Assembly (NCBI GenBank): GCA_035385485.1
Contig: DAOOKC010000004.1
Coordinates: forward strand, 1 to 41,227
Reading direction: 5' to 3'
DNA: 41,227 bases
Source of the DNA: Exilispira sp.
Lineage (GTDB): Bacteria; Spirochaetota; JAAYUW01
Positions 28,003-38,251 of this stretch are shown here, piece by piece. The number at the start of each line of letters is the position of its first letter. Positions within the stretch are counted from its first letter, which is position 1. The position numbers and the translations under genes were made by a program. The notes beneath the pieces are model-generated. The model was not told where the DNA came from and searched no databases. It was given only the letters and a program-made list of their open reading frames with translations.

Positions 28003-28026
28003 CATAAAAATTAATGAAAATTTTTA

Positions 28027-28293
28027 CTATTTTTCAACAATAGCTAAAATATCATTGTTTTTAAGGATAAGAAAATCCTGATCATCAATTTTTAAGGAAG
28101 TGCCGGCATATTTGTCATAGATTATTTTATCACCAACTTTTACTTTTATCTGGTCGCTATCACCAATAGCCTCAACAATCCCTTCCTGTGTTTTTTCCTG
28201 TGCTGTTTGAGGAAGGAAAAGTCCGCCTTTAGTTTTTTCTTCTGGTGGTAATACTTTAACTAAAATCCTATCATTTAAAGGTTTAATTTTCAT
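28027..28293 (-). CDS. groES: co-chaperonin GroES
   Basis: MKIKPLNDRILVK...EKTKGGLFLP...G.VEAIG is the classic Cpn10 sequence. An AGGAGGA SD precedes it. Confidence 0.95.
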   Translation of the reverse strand: MKIKPLNDRILVKVLPPEEKTKGGLFLPQTAQEKTQEGIVEAIGDSDQIKVKVGDKIIYDKYAGTSLKIDDQDFLILKNNDILAIVEK

Positions 28294-28327
28294 TTTATCC
28301 TCCTGGGAATCATAAAATCTTTATTAA

Positions 28328-28357
28328 AATATACAAAAATTAAATGATAAAAGTCAA
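28328..28357 (-). promoter_or_regulatory. putative sigma-70-type promoter of groES (TTGACT - 18 nt - TATATT)
   Basis: Read on the minus strand: the -35 is at 28357-28352 and the -10 at 28333-28328, about 35 nt upstream of the ATG. Confidence 0.4.
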
Positions 28358-28365
28358 TATTTTTT

Positions 28366-29982
28366 TTAATATTTTAAACCAGTAACAAAGAATAAAGATT
28401 CTATTAGGTCTTTTTTGGTTATTTCAGCATGATCTTCAATATCAGCAATTGTTCGGGCTACTTTAATAACTTTTTCCATTTTTCTAAATGATTGCCCACT
28501 TTTTTTCATGGTTTCGTATAAATATGTTTCAAGGATTGGATCAAGTTTTATATATTTTTTAATTTCTGTTTTATAAATTTTCCCATTAAAATTAAAATCT
28601 GAATCTATAAATCTATAAAATTGTTTTTCAAAAGCTTTAATTACAATATTTCTCATAGTTTTTGTATCCAATTCTGTTTCATTAATATTTTGTTCATCAG
28701 AAATGATAAAAGTAATATCTATCCTATCTTTTAATGCGTTTGAAACATGTGAAATAAATATATTTCTTTGTTCCTGTGTACAATTACATACTCTTTTTAA
28801 TGATCCATAATTTCCACAACTACAAAGATTACTTATTAAAAATAAAAGAAATGAAGATGGAAGTGTAATCTTGTATTTTGATCGGGATATAGTTACCATC
28901 TGTTCTTCAAATGGTTCTCTAAGGCTTTCAAGTACTTTTTTATTGAATAGGTTAATTTCATCTAATACCAATACACCCCGATTTGAAAGAGAAACTTCGC
29001 CTATAGAAAGAGGAGTTCCTCCTCCTACCATAGATACAATAGTTGAACTATGATGAGGATTTCTAAAAGGTCTTTTAGTGTTATTTAAATCATATGGGAT
29101 GCCATATTGTGAATATAAATCGATTAATTCATATTGCTCTTTTTTTAAAAGAGGAGGTAAGATGTTTTTAAACATCATTGAAAGCAAAGTCTTACCAGTT
29201 CCAGATGGACCTAAAAGATATATTGAATGAAATCCTGCTGCACATATTATCAAAGCCCTTTTTACTAAAATACCTCCTTTATAATCCTTGAAATCATAAT
29301 CAATAACATCATCAGAAAGAATATCAGTGATAATATTATCCTTAAAGGTTGTCTTGTTAAAATAAATAGATTTTTGTTGATGAAAATTTTTTTCAGTTTT
29401 TTTAATTTGATTTTTTTCTATATCTTTATCTATACCTATATTTTTATTGAAATTGTTTGATCCTGTATCATTAAATTTTAAGTTTTTCTTTAAAATTTGC
29501 CAGCATTCTGATAGATTTTTTACTTTTTTTATATTTAAAGGAAGATTTAAAGTGTCAGGTAGATTTTCATAAGGAATAATTGAATCTTTAAAACCATATT
29601 TTTTTGCTCTTAATATATGAGGAATTACAGAATGATTAACTTCTAATTTACCTGAAAGTGAAAGCTCCCCAAGGATTAAAATATCATATATAGAAAAACT
29701 TATTTTATTTATTGCCCCCAAAATAGCTATGGCTAAAGGGAGGTCGAATAAATTTGTGTTTTTTTGAATATCAGAAGGGATAAGATTAATAAGTATTTTA
29801 CTTGTAAAGGAGATATCAAAAGTATTCCTGATAGCCTGCCTTACTCTAATAGAACTTTCTTCTATAATTTTCCCAGCTCTACCAGAGAAAACAATTCCAG
29901 GAATACCAGGAGCAGAATCGCACTCTATTTGTACTATTTCACTTATCCCTTCCTCTATATATAAAGTCCTTATAAGAATCAT
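28366..29982 (-). CDS. comM: YifB/ComM-family Mg-chelatase-like AAA+ ATPase
   Basis: The N-terminal domain is Lon-protease-like. The Walker A motif is GPSGTGKT and the Walker B is VLVLDEI. The Cys cluster CSCGNYG...CNC is present, along with the C-terminal ChlI-like helix bundle. Confidence 0.85.
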   Translation of the reverse strand: MILIRTLYIEEGISEIVQIECDSAPGIPGIVFSGRAGKIIEESSIRVRQAIRNTFDISFTSKILINLIPSDIQKNTNLFDLPLAIAILGAINKISFSIYDILILGELSLSGKLEVNHSVIPHILRAKKYGFKDSIIPYENLPDTLNLPLNIKKVKNLSECWQILKKNLKFNDTGSNNFNKNIGIDKDIEKNQIKKTEKNFHQQKSIYFNKTTFKDNIITDILSDDVIDYDFKDYKGGILVKRALIICAAGFHSIYLLGPSGTGKTLLSMMFKNILPPLLKKEQYELIDLYSQYGIPYDLNNTKRPFRNPHHSSTIVSMVGGGTPLSIGEVSLSNRGVLVLDEINLFNKKVLESLREPFEEQMVTISRSKYKITLPSSFLLFLISNLCSCGNYGSLKRVCNCTQEQRNIFISHVSNALKDRIDITFIISDEQNINETELDTKTMRNIVIKAFEKQFYRFIDSDFNFNGKIYKTEIKKYIKLDPILETYLYETMKKSGQSFRKMEKVIKVARTIADIEDHAEITKKDLIESLFFVTGLKY

Positions 29983-30181
29983 AAATGCCTCTATAAATAT
30001 AATAAAAAAGTTTTTTATTAAATTCTCATATATTTAATAGTAAAAATTTAATCTTTTATAACAAAAAAATATTGAATTTTTGACAAATTTTTTCGATGAA
30101 TTAATTTAATTTAGTCAAATAATAATATAAAATTTAAGGAAAAGAGGTATAATCGCAAATAACGAAAATATTTTAGCAAAA

Positions 30182-31585
30182 ATTTTACTTACAATCAATT
30201 CTGATGAAAATTATGAAATAATCGAGGTTTTAAGAAGAATTGAAGATGCGGGATTTAAAGCCTATTTAGTTGGTGGTTTTATCAGAGATATTATTCTGGA
30301 TAGAAAGACAGATAATATTGATGTTGATATTGCAACAGATGCTCATCCCGAAGATATTATTAATATATTTTCAAAAGTAATACCAACAGGTATTAAACAT
30401 GGAACAGTTACTGTAATTGGATATAAAAACAAATATGAAATAACCACATTTAGGGTAGATGAACAATATTATGATTTACGACATCCTGAAAAAGTTCAAT
30501 ATGTTTCAGATATTCATCAGGATCTTGCAAGAAGAGATTTTACAATAAATGCTCTTGCTTTTAATCCTCTTACTAAAGAATTGATTGATGATTTTGGTGG
30601 TATTGAAGATATTCAAAGAAGAATAATTCGAACCGTAGGGAATGCTTCAGAAAGATTTAATGAAGATGCATTGAGAATGCTTCGAGCAATTAGATTTTCA
30701 GCTAATTTAATGTTCGAAATCGAAGAAGATACAATTAAGCAAATTAGAAAAAATTCTGAGCTTTTACTTAATATTTCGAAAGAAAGAATAAGAGAAGAAT
30801 TTAATAGATTGATTTTATCAGACAAGCCTTCATTTGGAATTGAACTATTAAGGCAAACAAACATACTAAATCTCATGATACCATCACTTGTTAAATGTTA
30901 TGGTCAGGAGCAGAATGATTTTCATCAACATGATGTATATTATCATTTATTGTATAGTTGTGATGCCGCTCCAAAGGATGTTGTTTTAAGACTTGCAGCC
31001 TTATTTCATGATATAGGAAAACCAATTTCTCTTGCTGAGTATAAACAAAAAGGGATGAAGGAAAATGTTTTTTACAATCATGAATTATATTCAGAGCAGA
31101 TAGCCAAATCTTTTTTAACAGAATATAAATATTCTAAGGATGAAATAAATATTATAACTAAATTGATAAGATACCATATGTTTCATTATACTCCAACCTG
31201 GACAGATGGAGCGGTTAGAAGATTTGTAGCAAAAGTAGGAGAAGATTTTATTCCGCTTCTTTTTGCTTTAAGAGTTGCAGATAGAATAGGCAATGGTAAA
31301 AATTTCGGTTATCCTAAAATTTTATTGGAATTCTGGGATAAGATAAATCATGTCATAAATGAAAATCATGCATTGAAGGTTACCGATCTTGCGATTAATG
31401 GTAATGAGATAATGCAAAGATATAACATAAAACCTTCTAAAATTGTGGGGAAAATATTAAATCAACTTCTAGAATTTGTGCTTGACGATAATTCATTAAA
31501 TACAAAGGAAAAATTATTTGAACTTGCTGATCTTATATTTGATAATATAAAAAAGAGTTCAGAGTTGATAGATATAATAGAATAA
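30182..31585 (+). CDS. cca: CCA-adding tRNA nucleotidyltransferase / poly(A) polymerase-family protein with HD domain (start codon uncertain)
   Basis: The head domain GGFIRDIILDR...DVDIATD...RRDFTINALAF is encoded in frame upstream of the track's TTG start (30581). The HD motif is LFHDIGK. The frame is open from 30176, with no ATG, GTG or TTG before 30581. Confidence 0.7.
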   Translation: MLLTINSDENYEIIEVLRRIEDAGFKAYLVGGFIRDIILDRKTDNIDVDIATDAHPEDIINIFSKVIPTGIKHGTVTVIGYKNKYEITTFRVDEQYYDLRHPEKVQYVSDIHQDLARRDFTINALAFNPLTKELIDDFGGIEDIQRRIIRTVGNASERFNEDALRMLRAIRFSANLMFEIEEDTIKQIRKNSELLLNISKERIREEFNRLILSDKPSFGIELLRQTNILNLMIPSLVKCYGQEQNDFHQHDVYYHLLYSCDAAPKDVVLRLAALFHDIGKPISLAEYKQKGMKENVFYNHELYSEQIAKSFLTEYKYSKDEINIITKLIRYHMFHYTPTWTDGAVRRFVAKVGEDFIPLLFALRVADRIGNGKNFGYPKILLEFWDKINHVINENHALKVTDLAINGNEIMQRYNIKPSKIVGKILNQLLEFVLDDNSLNTKEKLFELADLIFDNIKKSSELIDIIE

Positions 31586-31666
31586 TTAAAAAACTATACT
31601 TTTATTTATGATAAAATATGCCTTTATTTGTTATAAAAAGTTTACAATAAAATATGAGAGGAGAAT

Positions 31667-33532
31667 ATGGAAGAATCATTTAATTTATCAAAAGAGAAGG
31701 AATTTGAAAATTATGAATTTATAGAAGATATTTTAAAAAGCATCCCTGAAGCAGATTTGAATGATTCAACAAAAGAAAAAATAAAATATTATCTATCATA
31801 TTGTAAAAATGAAGATAAAATAAAGATTAAAAAAGCGATTGAAGAAAAAGATTATATTTTTTTAAAAAAATGTTTTTCTAACGAACTTGAATTTGGAACT
31901 GGTGGTATAAGGACCATAATGGAGATTGGTTCTTCTTTTTTAAATGAGGTTACCATAGCTAAGGCTGCAACTGCTACTGTTAATTTTTTTAATAAATATT
32001 TTGATGATAACTTTAAGGATATTTCAAATAAAAAAGGTTTTGATAAGGGCGGTGTAAATTCAAATATAGAAAAATCTGTTTGTATTTCATATGATACAAG
32101 GCATAAATCAGATATTTTTGCTAAAATATCAGCTATAATAGCAGCTAAAAATGGATTTAAAGTATATTTTGCAGAAAACCCCCTTCCAACACCTTTTTTG
32201 TCATATATGGTACGAAAAACAAATAGTTTTTTTGGAATTATGATTACAGCATCTCATAATCCAAAAAATTATAATGGTTTTAAGGTATATGATGAAACGG
32301 GATGTCAGATACTTTCTGAAAAAGCAGATAAAATAATAGAAATATATGAATCTAATGTTAAGATTGAAAATATAAAAATAAATGATTTTGAAAAATTATT
32401 AGAGAATAATAAAATAGAATTGATTGGTGAAATTTATATAGATAAGTTTATAGATGATATAACTTCTTTAAGAATTGATAAAAAACTGGAAAATAATATA
32501 AGATTACTTAATGTTGTGTATTCAAGTCTTCATGGAACAGGTATAAATATATTTAAAAAACTTGAAGAAAAATTAAGATTTAACACTTTTTATGTTGAAT
32601 CTCAAATAATTGTCGATCCTGATTTTTCCAATGTAAATTCATTAAATCCGGAAAATAGAGAAAGCTTTGAACAGGCTTTAGATATCGCAAGAAAAAATAA
32701 AGCCGATCTTGTAATTTTAACAGATCCAGATGCTGATAGGGTTGGTTTTGCTTTTTATGATGATGATGGATATTTTTTGCCTACGGGAAATGAAGTGGCG
32801 GTAATGATATTTTATTATATTTGCAATCAGAAAAGGTTAAATGAAATTGAAACATCATTAAAAAATAATGATAATATAGATAATGGGAAAGAATATTATG
32901 CTGTAACTACAATAGTAACAACAGATCTACTTGAAATTATAGGAAGATATTTTGGAATAGAAGTTATAAAGACACTTACAGGATTTAAATATATTGGGGA
33001 TCAAATAAATAAAAATAAGGGTAAAAAGTTTTTATTCGCAGCAGAAGAAAGCTATGGTTTTCTTACTGTGGATTGTTTAAGAGATAAAGATGCTTTTTCG
33101 ATGATTAATGTCGTTCTCGAATTTTTATCTTATTTGAAAAGCCAGAAGATAAATGCAAGAAGGTATTTAAAAAGTATTTATGAGCAATTTGGATATTATC
33201 AAAATGAATTGGTAAATATCGATTTTTCAGAAAATGAAAATAAGGATAAAATCAAAAGAATAATGGATTATTTAAGGGAAAATCCTATAGAAAGTGTTAA
33301 TGAATTTAAGGTAAGAAAGATTTTTGATTTTAAGGATAATATTGAAAATTTTCCAAAATCGAATTTGCTTCAATATATCGGAGAAAACTTTAAAATTACA
33401 GTAAGACCATCTGGTACTGAACCTAAGATAAAGATCTATTTTCAGGTCGTGGCTCATAATAAAAATAAAAGTAAAGAATTACTTGAAACTTTTAAAAACT
33501 TCTTTATCAATTTAATAAAAACTGAATATTAA
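31667..33532 (+). CDS. phosphoglucomutase/phosphomannomutase-family phosphohexomutase
   Basis: The active-site loop is TASHNPKNYNGFKV and the metal loop is DPDADR. The sugar-binding loop is AAEESYG, and RPSGTEPK lies near the C-terminus. Confidence 0.85.
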   Translation: MEESFNLSKEKEFENYEFIEDILKSIPEADLNDSTKEKIKYYLSYCKNEDKIKIKKAIEEKDYIFLKKCFSNELEFGTGGIRTIMEIGSSFLNEVTIAKAATATVNFFNKYFDDNFKDISNKKGFDKGGVNSNIEKSVCISYDTRHKSDIFAKISAIIAAKNGFKVYFAENPLPTPFLSYMVRKTNSFFGIMITASHNPKNYNGFKVYDETGCQILSEKADKIIEIYESNVKIENIKINDFEKLLENNKIELIGEIYIDKFIDDITSLRIDKKLENNIRLLNVVYSSLHGTGINIFKKLEEKLRFNTFYVESQIIVDPDFSNVNSLNPENRESFEQALDIARKNKADLVILTDPDADRVGFAFYDDDGYFLPTGNEVAVMIFYYICNQKRLNEIETSLKNNDNIDNGKEYYAVTTIVTTDLLEIIGRYFGIEVIKTLTGFKYIGDQINKNKGKKFLFAAEESYGFLTVDCLRDKDAFSMINVVLEFLSYLKSQKINARRYLKSIYEQFGYYQNELVNIDFSENENKDKIKRIMDYLRENPIESVNEFKVRKIFDFKDNIENFPKSNLLQYIGENFKITVRPSGTEPKIKIYFQVVAHNKNKSKELLETFKNFFINLIKTEY

Positions 33533-33551
33533 AATTAGATTAGGGGTTAAA

Positions 33552-34610
33552 ATGAAAATTCTTGTTGTTAATCCAGGTTCTACATCAACAAAAGTCGCTA
33601 TATATGATAATGAAAAACTATTATTTGAAGAAAACATTAAACATTCAAAAGAAGAGATAAATCATTGTAAAACTTTAAGTGATGAACTTCCAATAAGAAA
33701 AAAGGCCATAGAGCTATTTTTAAAAGAAAAAAATCATGATATCTTTTCTTTTGATGCATTTTCTGGTAGAGGTGGTCCATTGAAACCTTTGAAAGCTGGC
33801 GTTTATAATGTAACAAAAAAAATAGTTGATGATATTAACAATGGAAATTACCAGACACTTCATGCATCACTTTTAGGTTCCATGATTGTATATGATTTTC
33901 ATGTTGCTACAGGTAAACCAGCTTTTATAGTTGACCCGATATCTACTGATGAAATGGCTGACATTGCAAGAATTACAGGTCATCCAAAGATAAAATTTGC
34001 AGCACTAACTCATGCATTAAATGTAAGAGCCTGTGCAAGAAAAACTGCTAAAGATTTGGGTTTAGATTTTTTTAATTCTAATTTTATAGTGGCACATCTT
34101 GGAGGTGGAATTTCAATAAATGCTGTTTCTAAAGGGAAAATTGTGGATGTATTGGAAGGTAGACAGACAGGTCCATTTTCTCCAACTTCCTGTGGCGTTT
34201 TGCCCGTTAAAACAGTTGTTAAATTAATAATCAAAGGAGAGTTGAAAATAGAAGAAATAGAAGATCTATTTTCAAAAAATGGAGGACTAACTGCATATTT
34301 TGGTACTGATGATGTAAAAGAATTACTTGAAAGATCCAAAACAGATGAAAATGTCAAAAAGATACTTGAAGCAATGTGTTTTCAAATAGCAAAAGCAATA
34401 AATGCTCAAAAGACAATATTAAGAGGAATCTATGAAGGCATCATTATAACAGGTGGTCTTGCAAAATCTGATGTTATTTTAGATTGGATAAAAAGATGGC
34501 TTCCAGAGAATGAAAAATATTATATAATCCCTGGTGAACATGAGATGGAAGCTTTGGCTTTAGGAGCATTAAGGGCATTGAGAAAAGAAGAAGAGATTTT
34601 AGAATATTAA
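33552..34610 (+). CDS. buk: butyrate kinase
   Basis: MKILVVNPGSTSTKVAIY is an ASKHA N-terminus. The ~352-aa length and the conserved HLGGGIS and ITGGLA blocks are typical of Buk. Confidence 0.85.
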   Translation: MKILVVNPGSTSTKVAIYDNEKLLFEENIKHSKEEINHCKTLSDELPIRKKAIELFLKEKNHDIFSFDAFSGRGGPLKPLKAGVYNVTKKIVDDINNGNYQTLHASLLGSMIVYDFHVATGKPAFIVDPISTDEMADIARITGHPKIKFAALTHALNVRACARKTAKDLGLDFFNSNFIVAHLGGGISINAVSKGKIVDVLEGRQTGPFSPTSCGVLPVKTVVKLIIKGELKIEEIEDLFSKNGGLTAYFGTDDVKELLERSKTDENVKKILEAMCFQIAKAINAQKTILRGIYEGIIITGGLAKSDVILDWIKRWLPENEKYYIIPGEHEMEALALGALRALRKEEEILEY

Positions 34611-34723
34611 TTTTATTAATTTTATAACATTTATTAAAGTTTTTTAATTTAATAAGTTCAAGAAAATTTTGATAAATGTAAAATTTAATAATGATAATAT
34701 TATAAATTCAAGATAAAGGTAAA

Positions 34724-35968
34724 TTGATGAAAAAAGGATTATTTAAGGAATTATTAGATAGAGGATTTGTTGAGCAGGTTACTGATGAAAAGATCTCTCA
34801 AATTTTAGATGATGAAGAAGTAAAATGTTATATTGGTTTTGATCCTACAGCTCAATCTTTGCATATCGGAAGTTTAGAACCAATAATGCTTTTAAAATGG
34901 TTTGAAATCTATGGACATAAACCTATTGCAGTCATAGGAACAGGAACTGCTATGGTGGGCGATCCTTCTGGTAAAACAGAGATGAGAAAGATGATGTCAA
35001 AAGAAAAAATTTTCGAAAATGCTAAAGGTATTAGAAAAAATCTTTCTCAATTTTTGAATATGACAGAAGGTGAACATCATTGTGGAGAAACAAAAGTTAG
35101 ATACAATAGTGATTGGCTTTTACCATTGAATTATATTGATTTTATTAGAGATATTGGAGTACATTTTTCTGTAAACAGAATGTTATCTTTTGAATCATAT
35201 AAAATCAGAATGGAAAAAGGTTTATCCTTTTTAGAATTTAACTATCAGGTTATGCAGGCATATGATTTTTTAAAGCTTTTTGAGCAGGAAGGTTGTATAA
35301 TGCAAATGGGTGGTGCAGATCAATGGGGAAATATAGTTGCTGGCATTGATCTTATAAGAAGAATTCATGGAAAAGAAGCATATGCTTTTACTGCACCTCT
35401 TATAGTTGCAGCAAATGGTGAAAAAATGGGTAAAACTGCTGGAAATGCTGTTTGGATTGATCCTGATTTATTTAAACCATATGATTACTATCAATATTGG
35501 ATTAATGTAGATGATAAGGATGTAAAAAGATTCTTGAAAATCTTTACCTTACTTGATCTTAATCTTATAGAGGATTTAACTAAAGAAGATAAAAACATAA
35601 ATGAGGCAAAACGAGTTCTTGCTTTTGAAACAACAAAACTTGCACATGGCGAAGAAGAGGCAATAAAAGCTAGTAAAGGTGCTAAAATTTTTTCTAATAA
35701 TATTGATGATGAAGTTTTGGATCTAATTCCGAATTATGATTATGACAAAAGCAAAGGTAACAGTGTAGAACTTGCAACTTTGCTTGTTGAATCAGCTCTT
35801 TGTAGCTCAAAAAGTGAAGCAAAACGACTTATCCAGCAGGGAGGAGTTACAATAGATGATGAAATTATAAATGATATAAAATATCAAATTTTAATAGATA
35901 AATTGCAAAAAAATTTTATACTTATACGTGTAGGGAAGAAAAAATATAAAAAGGTCACTTTTAAGTAA
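34724..35968 (+). CDS. tyrS: tyrosine--tRNA ligase
   Basis: The HIGS(L) variant of the HIGH motif, the KMGKT variant of KMSKS and a C-terminal S4-like domain are present. The likely real start is the ATG at 34727, one codon after the track's TTG. Confidence 0.9.
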   Translation: MMKKGLFKELLDRGFVEQVTDEKISQILDDEEVKCYIGFDPTAQSLHIGSLEPIMLLKWFEIYGHKPIAVIGTGTAMVGDPSGKTEMRKMMSKEKIFENAKGIRKNLSQFLNMTEGEHHCGETKVRYNSDWLLPLNYIDFIRDIGVHFSVNRMLSFESYKIRMEKGLSFLEFNYQVMQAYDFLKLFEQEGCIMQMGGADQWGNIVAGIDLIRRIHGKEAYAFTAPLIVAANGEKMGKTAGNAVWIDPDLFKPYDYYQYWINVDDKDVKRFLKIFTLLDLNLIEDLTKEDKNINEAKRVLAFETTKLAHGEEEAIKASKGAKIFSNNIDDEVLDLIPNYDYDKSKGNSVELATLLVESALCSSKSEAKRLIQQGGVTIDDEIINDIKYQILIDKLQKNFILIRVGKKKYKKVTFK

Positions 35969-36074
35969 TTTTATAGAGTTTTAGTTATTTTTATTAAATT
36001 GAATAAAAAAGGGATAAATTTTATTTTAAATTTTTTATATTTAATATAAAAAAAATACCAAGCAGGAGATATTT

Positions 36075-36242
36075 ATGATATATATAGACAAAGAATGTCT
36101 TAGATGTAATGCCTGTGTCGTTGTATGCCCATTTGAAGCAATAGAAGAAGGAGAACCCACTTATAAAATAATCGATTCCAAATGTACATCCTGTGAGAAA
36201 TGTATTCCAATTTGTCCTGTTAAAGCAATTAAGAAAAAATAA
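36075..36242 (+). CDS. 2x[4Fe-4S] ferredoxin (55 aa; below the ORF-track size cutoff)
   Basis: An AGGAG SD precedes the ATG at 36075. My translation is MIYIDKECLRCNACVVVCPFEAIEEGEPTYKIIDSKCTSCEKCIPICPVKAIKKK, which carries two CxxCxxCxxxCP motifs. Confidence 0.75.
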   Translation: MIYIDKECLRCNACVVVCPFEAIEEGEPTYKIIDSKCTSCEKCIPICPVKAIKKK

Positions 36243-36254
36243 ATAGAGGGGAAA

Positions 36255-36803
36255 ATGAGATCAATAATCGAACAATACGCTAAAGATTTAACTACTGGAA
36301 GACTTACTTATTCATTCGATCACCTTTCAAGAGTGTATTTTTATGCAAAAAAATTAAGTGATAATTATGACGATCAAGTTTTACATGCAGCATGCTTTTT
36401 ATACAAGATTATTTTAGGTAAAAATTCTAAACATGACTCAGCGGAAAGAGCAGCTCAAATATTATCTGAAACAGGTTTTCCTGTTAGTAAAATTCAAAAA
36501 GTTGTAGAAGCAATTATGAATAGTGATATGGAAGATAAACCCGAATCCTTAGAAGGGAAATTACTTCATGATGCTATCATAATTGATAGTCTTGGAGCGA
36601 TTGGATTTTCAAGATTTTCTATTGGTTCATTTTTCTGGGATAGAGCCAATAAGATTGATGAGATTTATAAAAACTATAAAGAGTTTGTCGATAAAGCGAT
36701 TAAATCTTTTGCCTTAAAGGAAGCAGAACAGTTCAGTAAATCAAGAATAGAATTTTCATTAAAGATATTAGAACATTTCTATGATGAATTAGAAGAAGAA
36801 TAG
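36255..36803 (+). CDS. HD-superfamily metal-dependent phosphohydrolase-like protein
   Basis: The His...HD pattern is present (FDHLSRV ... [15 protein letters not shown]). The start lies 12 nt after the ferredoxin stop. Confidence 0.55.
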   Translation: MRSIIEQYAKDLTTGRLTYSFDHLSRVYFYAKKLSDNYDDQVLHAACFLYKIILGKNSKHDSAERAAQILSETGFPVSKIQKVVEAIMNSDMEDKPESLEGKLLHDAIIIDSLGAIGFSRFSIGSFFWDRANKIDEIYKNYKEFVDKAIKSFALKEAEQFSKSRIEFSLKILEHFYDELEEE

Positions 36804-36855
36804 TTTTGATTTTATTGAATTTTTAATTTTTAAAATATTAAACAAAGGATATATA

Positions 36856-37281
36856 ATGGCTGAAAATAATTTTGAGTATAATCCTAAAGAATGGGATGTA
36901 ATGATTAGAGTTAGAATGAGTCTTCATGATGCTCACTATGCAGGAAATCTTGTAGATGGAGCAAAAATGCTTAACCTATTTGGTGATGTTGCTACTGAGC
37001 TTTTAATTCGTGAGGATGGTGATGAAGGCTTATTTAGAACATATACATCTGTTGAATTTTTAGCTCCCGTTTTTGCAGGTGATTATATTGAAGCTTATGG
37101 GAAAATAATATCAAAAGGTAATACTTCAAGAAAGATGCAATTTGCAGCATATAAAGTTATAACCAGTGCCAATATTCCCGACAATGTGTCAGCATGTGAT
37201 TATTTAGAAAAACCAATACTCGTTTGCAAAGCCGAAGGCGTATGTGTGGTGCCTAAAGAAAAACAGAGGATTAAAAAATAA
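36856..37281 (+). CDS. kal: 3-aminobutyryl-CoA ammonia-lyase (hotdog fold)
   Basis: It is a ~140-aa hotdog-fold protein, with conserved block [31 protein letters not shown]. It lies adjacent to kce, as in known lysine fermentation clusters. Confidence 0.75.
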   Translation: MAENNFEYNPKEWDVMIRVRMSLHDAHYAGNLVDGAKMLNLFGDVATELLIREDGDEGLFRTYTSVEFLAPVFAGDYIEAYGKIISKGNTSRKMQFAAYKVITSANIPDNVSACDYLEKPILVCKAEGVCVVPKEKQRIKK

Positions 37282-37429
37282 AATTTGTTTTTATTAAAAT
37301 TTATTGGGTCTATCTATTGGAGATATTAAATATTTCTTTATATTAAATATATCTTATTAAAAGTAGTTTTTAGTATAAATTAGTCTTTTAAGGTTTCATT
37401 AAAAATATTTTCATCAAGAGGATTTAAAG

Positions 37430-38251
37430 ATGGATAAATTAATTATTACTGCTGCTATTTGTGGGGCTGAAGTAACTAAAAAGGAAAACCCGAATGTTCC
37501 ATATACAGCTGAAGAAATTGCAATGGAAGCTAAAAGAGCTTATGATGCCGGTGCTTCTATAATTCATCTTCATGTAAGATTTGACGATGGAACTCCAACT
37601 CAGGATAAAGAAGTTTTTAAAAGAGCTATTGAAGCTATTAGATCGAAAATACCTGGTAGAGGTCCTATAATTCAGCCATCGACAGGTGGTGCTGTCGGTA
37701 TGAAATGGCAGGAAAGAATAGCTGTCGCAGAATTAAGACCCGAAATGGCAACTTTGGATTGCGGCACAACAAATTTTGGCGATGATATATTTGTTAATGA
37801 TCTACCACTAATGAGAAATTTTGCAAAGACAATGATAGAGTATAATATCTTACCCGAGCTTGAATGTTTTGAGCCAGGACATATTCAAAATGCTTTAATA
37901 TTAAAAAAAGAAGGACTACTTCCAAAACATATGCATTTTGATATAGTTCTTGGAGCCCCTGGAGCTCTTAATGCGACAATTAAAAATCTTCTTTTTATGA
38001 CAGAACTTTTACCACCAGAGGCAACATGGACAGTTGCTGGAATAGGTAGGTTTGAACTTCCTCTTGCAGTTAATGCCATTACAATGGGAGGTCATGTTAG
38101 AGTTGGATTTGAAGATAATATTTATTATTCCAAAGGAGTTTTAGCAAATTCAAATGCGCAACTTGTAGAAAGAATTGTTAGAATAGCCCGAGAACTTGGA
38201 AGAGAAGTAGCAACTGCTGATGAAGCAAGAAAAATATTGGGAATAGAATAA
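37430..38251 (+). CDS. kce: 3-keto-5-aminohexanoate cleavage enzyme (BKACE family)
   Basis: LIITAAICGAEVTK..NP.VPYT.EEIA.EA..AYDAGASIIHLHVR.DDGTPTQD...IIQPSTGG matches my memory of the characterised Kce sequence closely. Confidence 0.9.
   Translation: MDKLIITAAICGAEVTKKENPNVPYTAEEIAMEAKRAYDAGASIIHLHVRFDDGTPTQDKEVFKRAIEAIRSKIPGRGPIIQPSTGGAVGMKWQERIAVAELRPEMATLDCGTTNFGDDIFVNDLPLMRNFAKTMIEYNILPELECFEPGHIQNALILKKEGLLPKHMHFDIVLGAPGALNATIKNLLFMTELLPPEATWTVAGIGRFELPLAVNAITMGGHVRVGFEDNIYYSKGVLANSNAQLVERIVRIARELGREVATADEARKILGIE

Noticed and set aside
27693-28005. Two minus-strand ORFs from the track (72 aa and 91 aa), made almost entirely of F, L, I and Y.
   Set aside because: They are the complement of the A-rich low-complexity tract. 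They overlap each other in different frames. The longer one starts inside the groES terminator hairpin. Neither has an SD. They are compositional artefacts.
34611-34723. Possible T-box leader upstream of tyrS.
   Set aside because: Only about 110 nt of very AT-rich sequence is available. I see no T-box consensus (AANNNGGGTGGNACCGCG-like) and no specifier or antiterminator structure.
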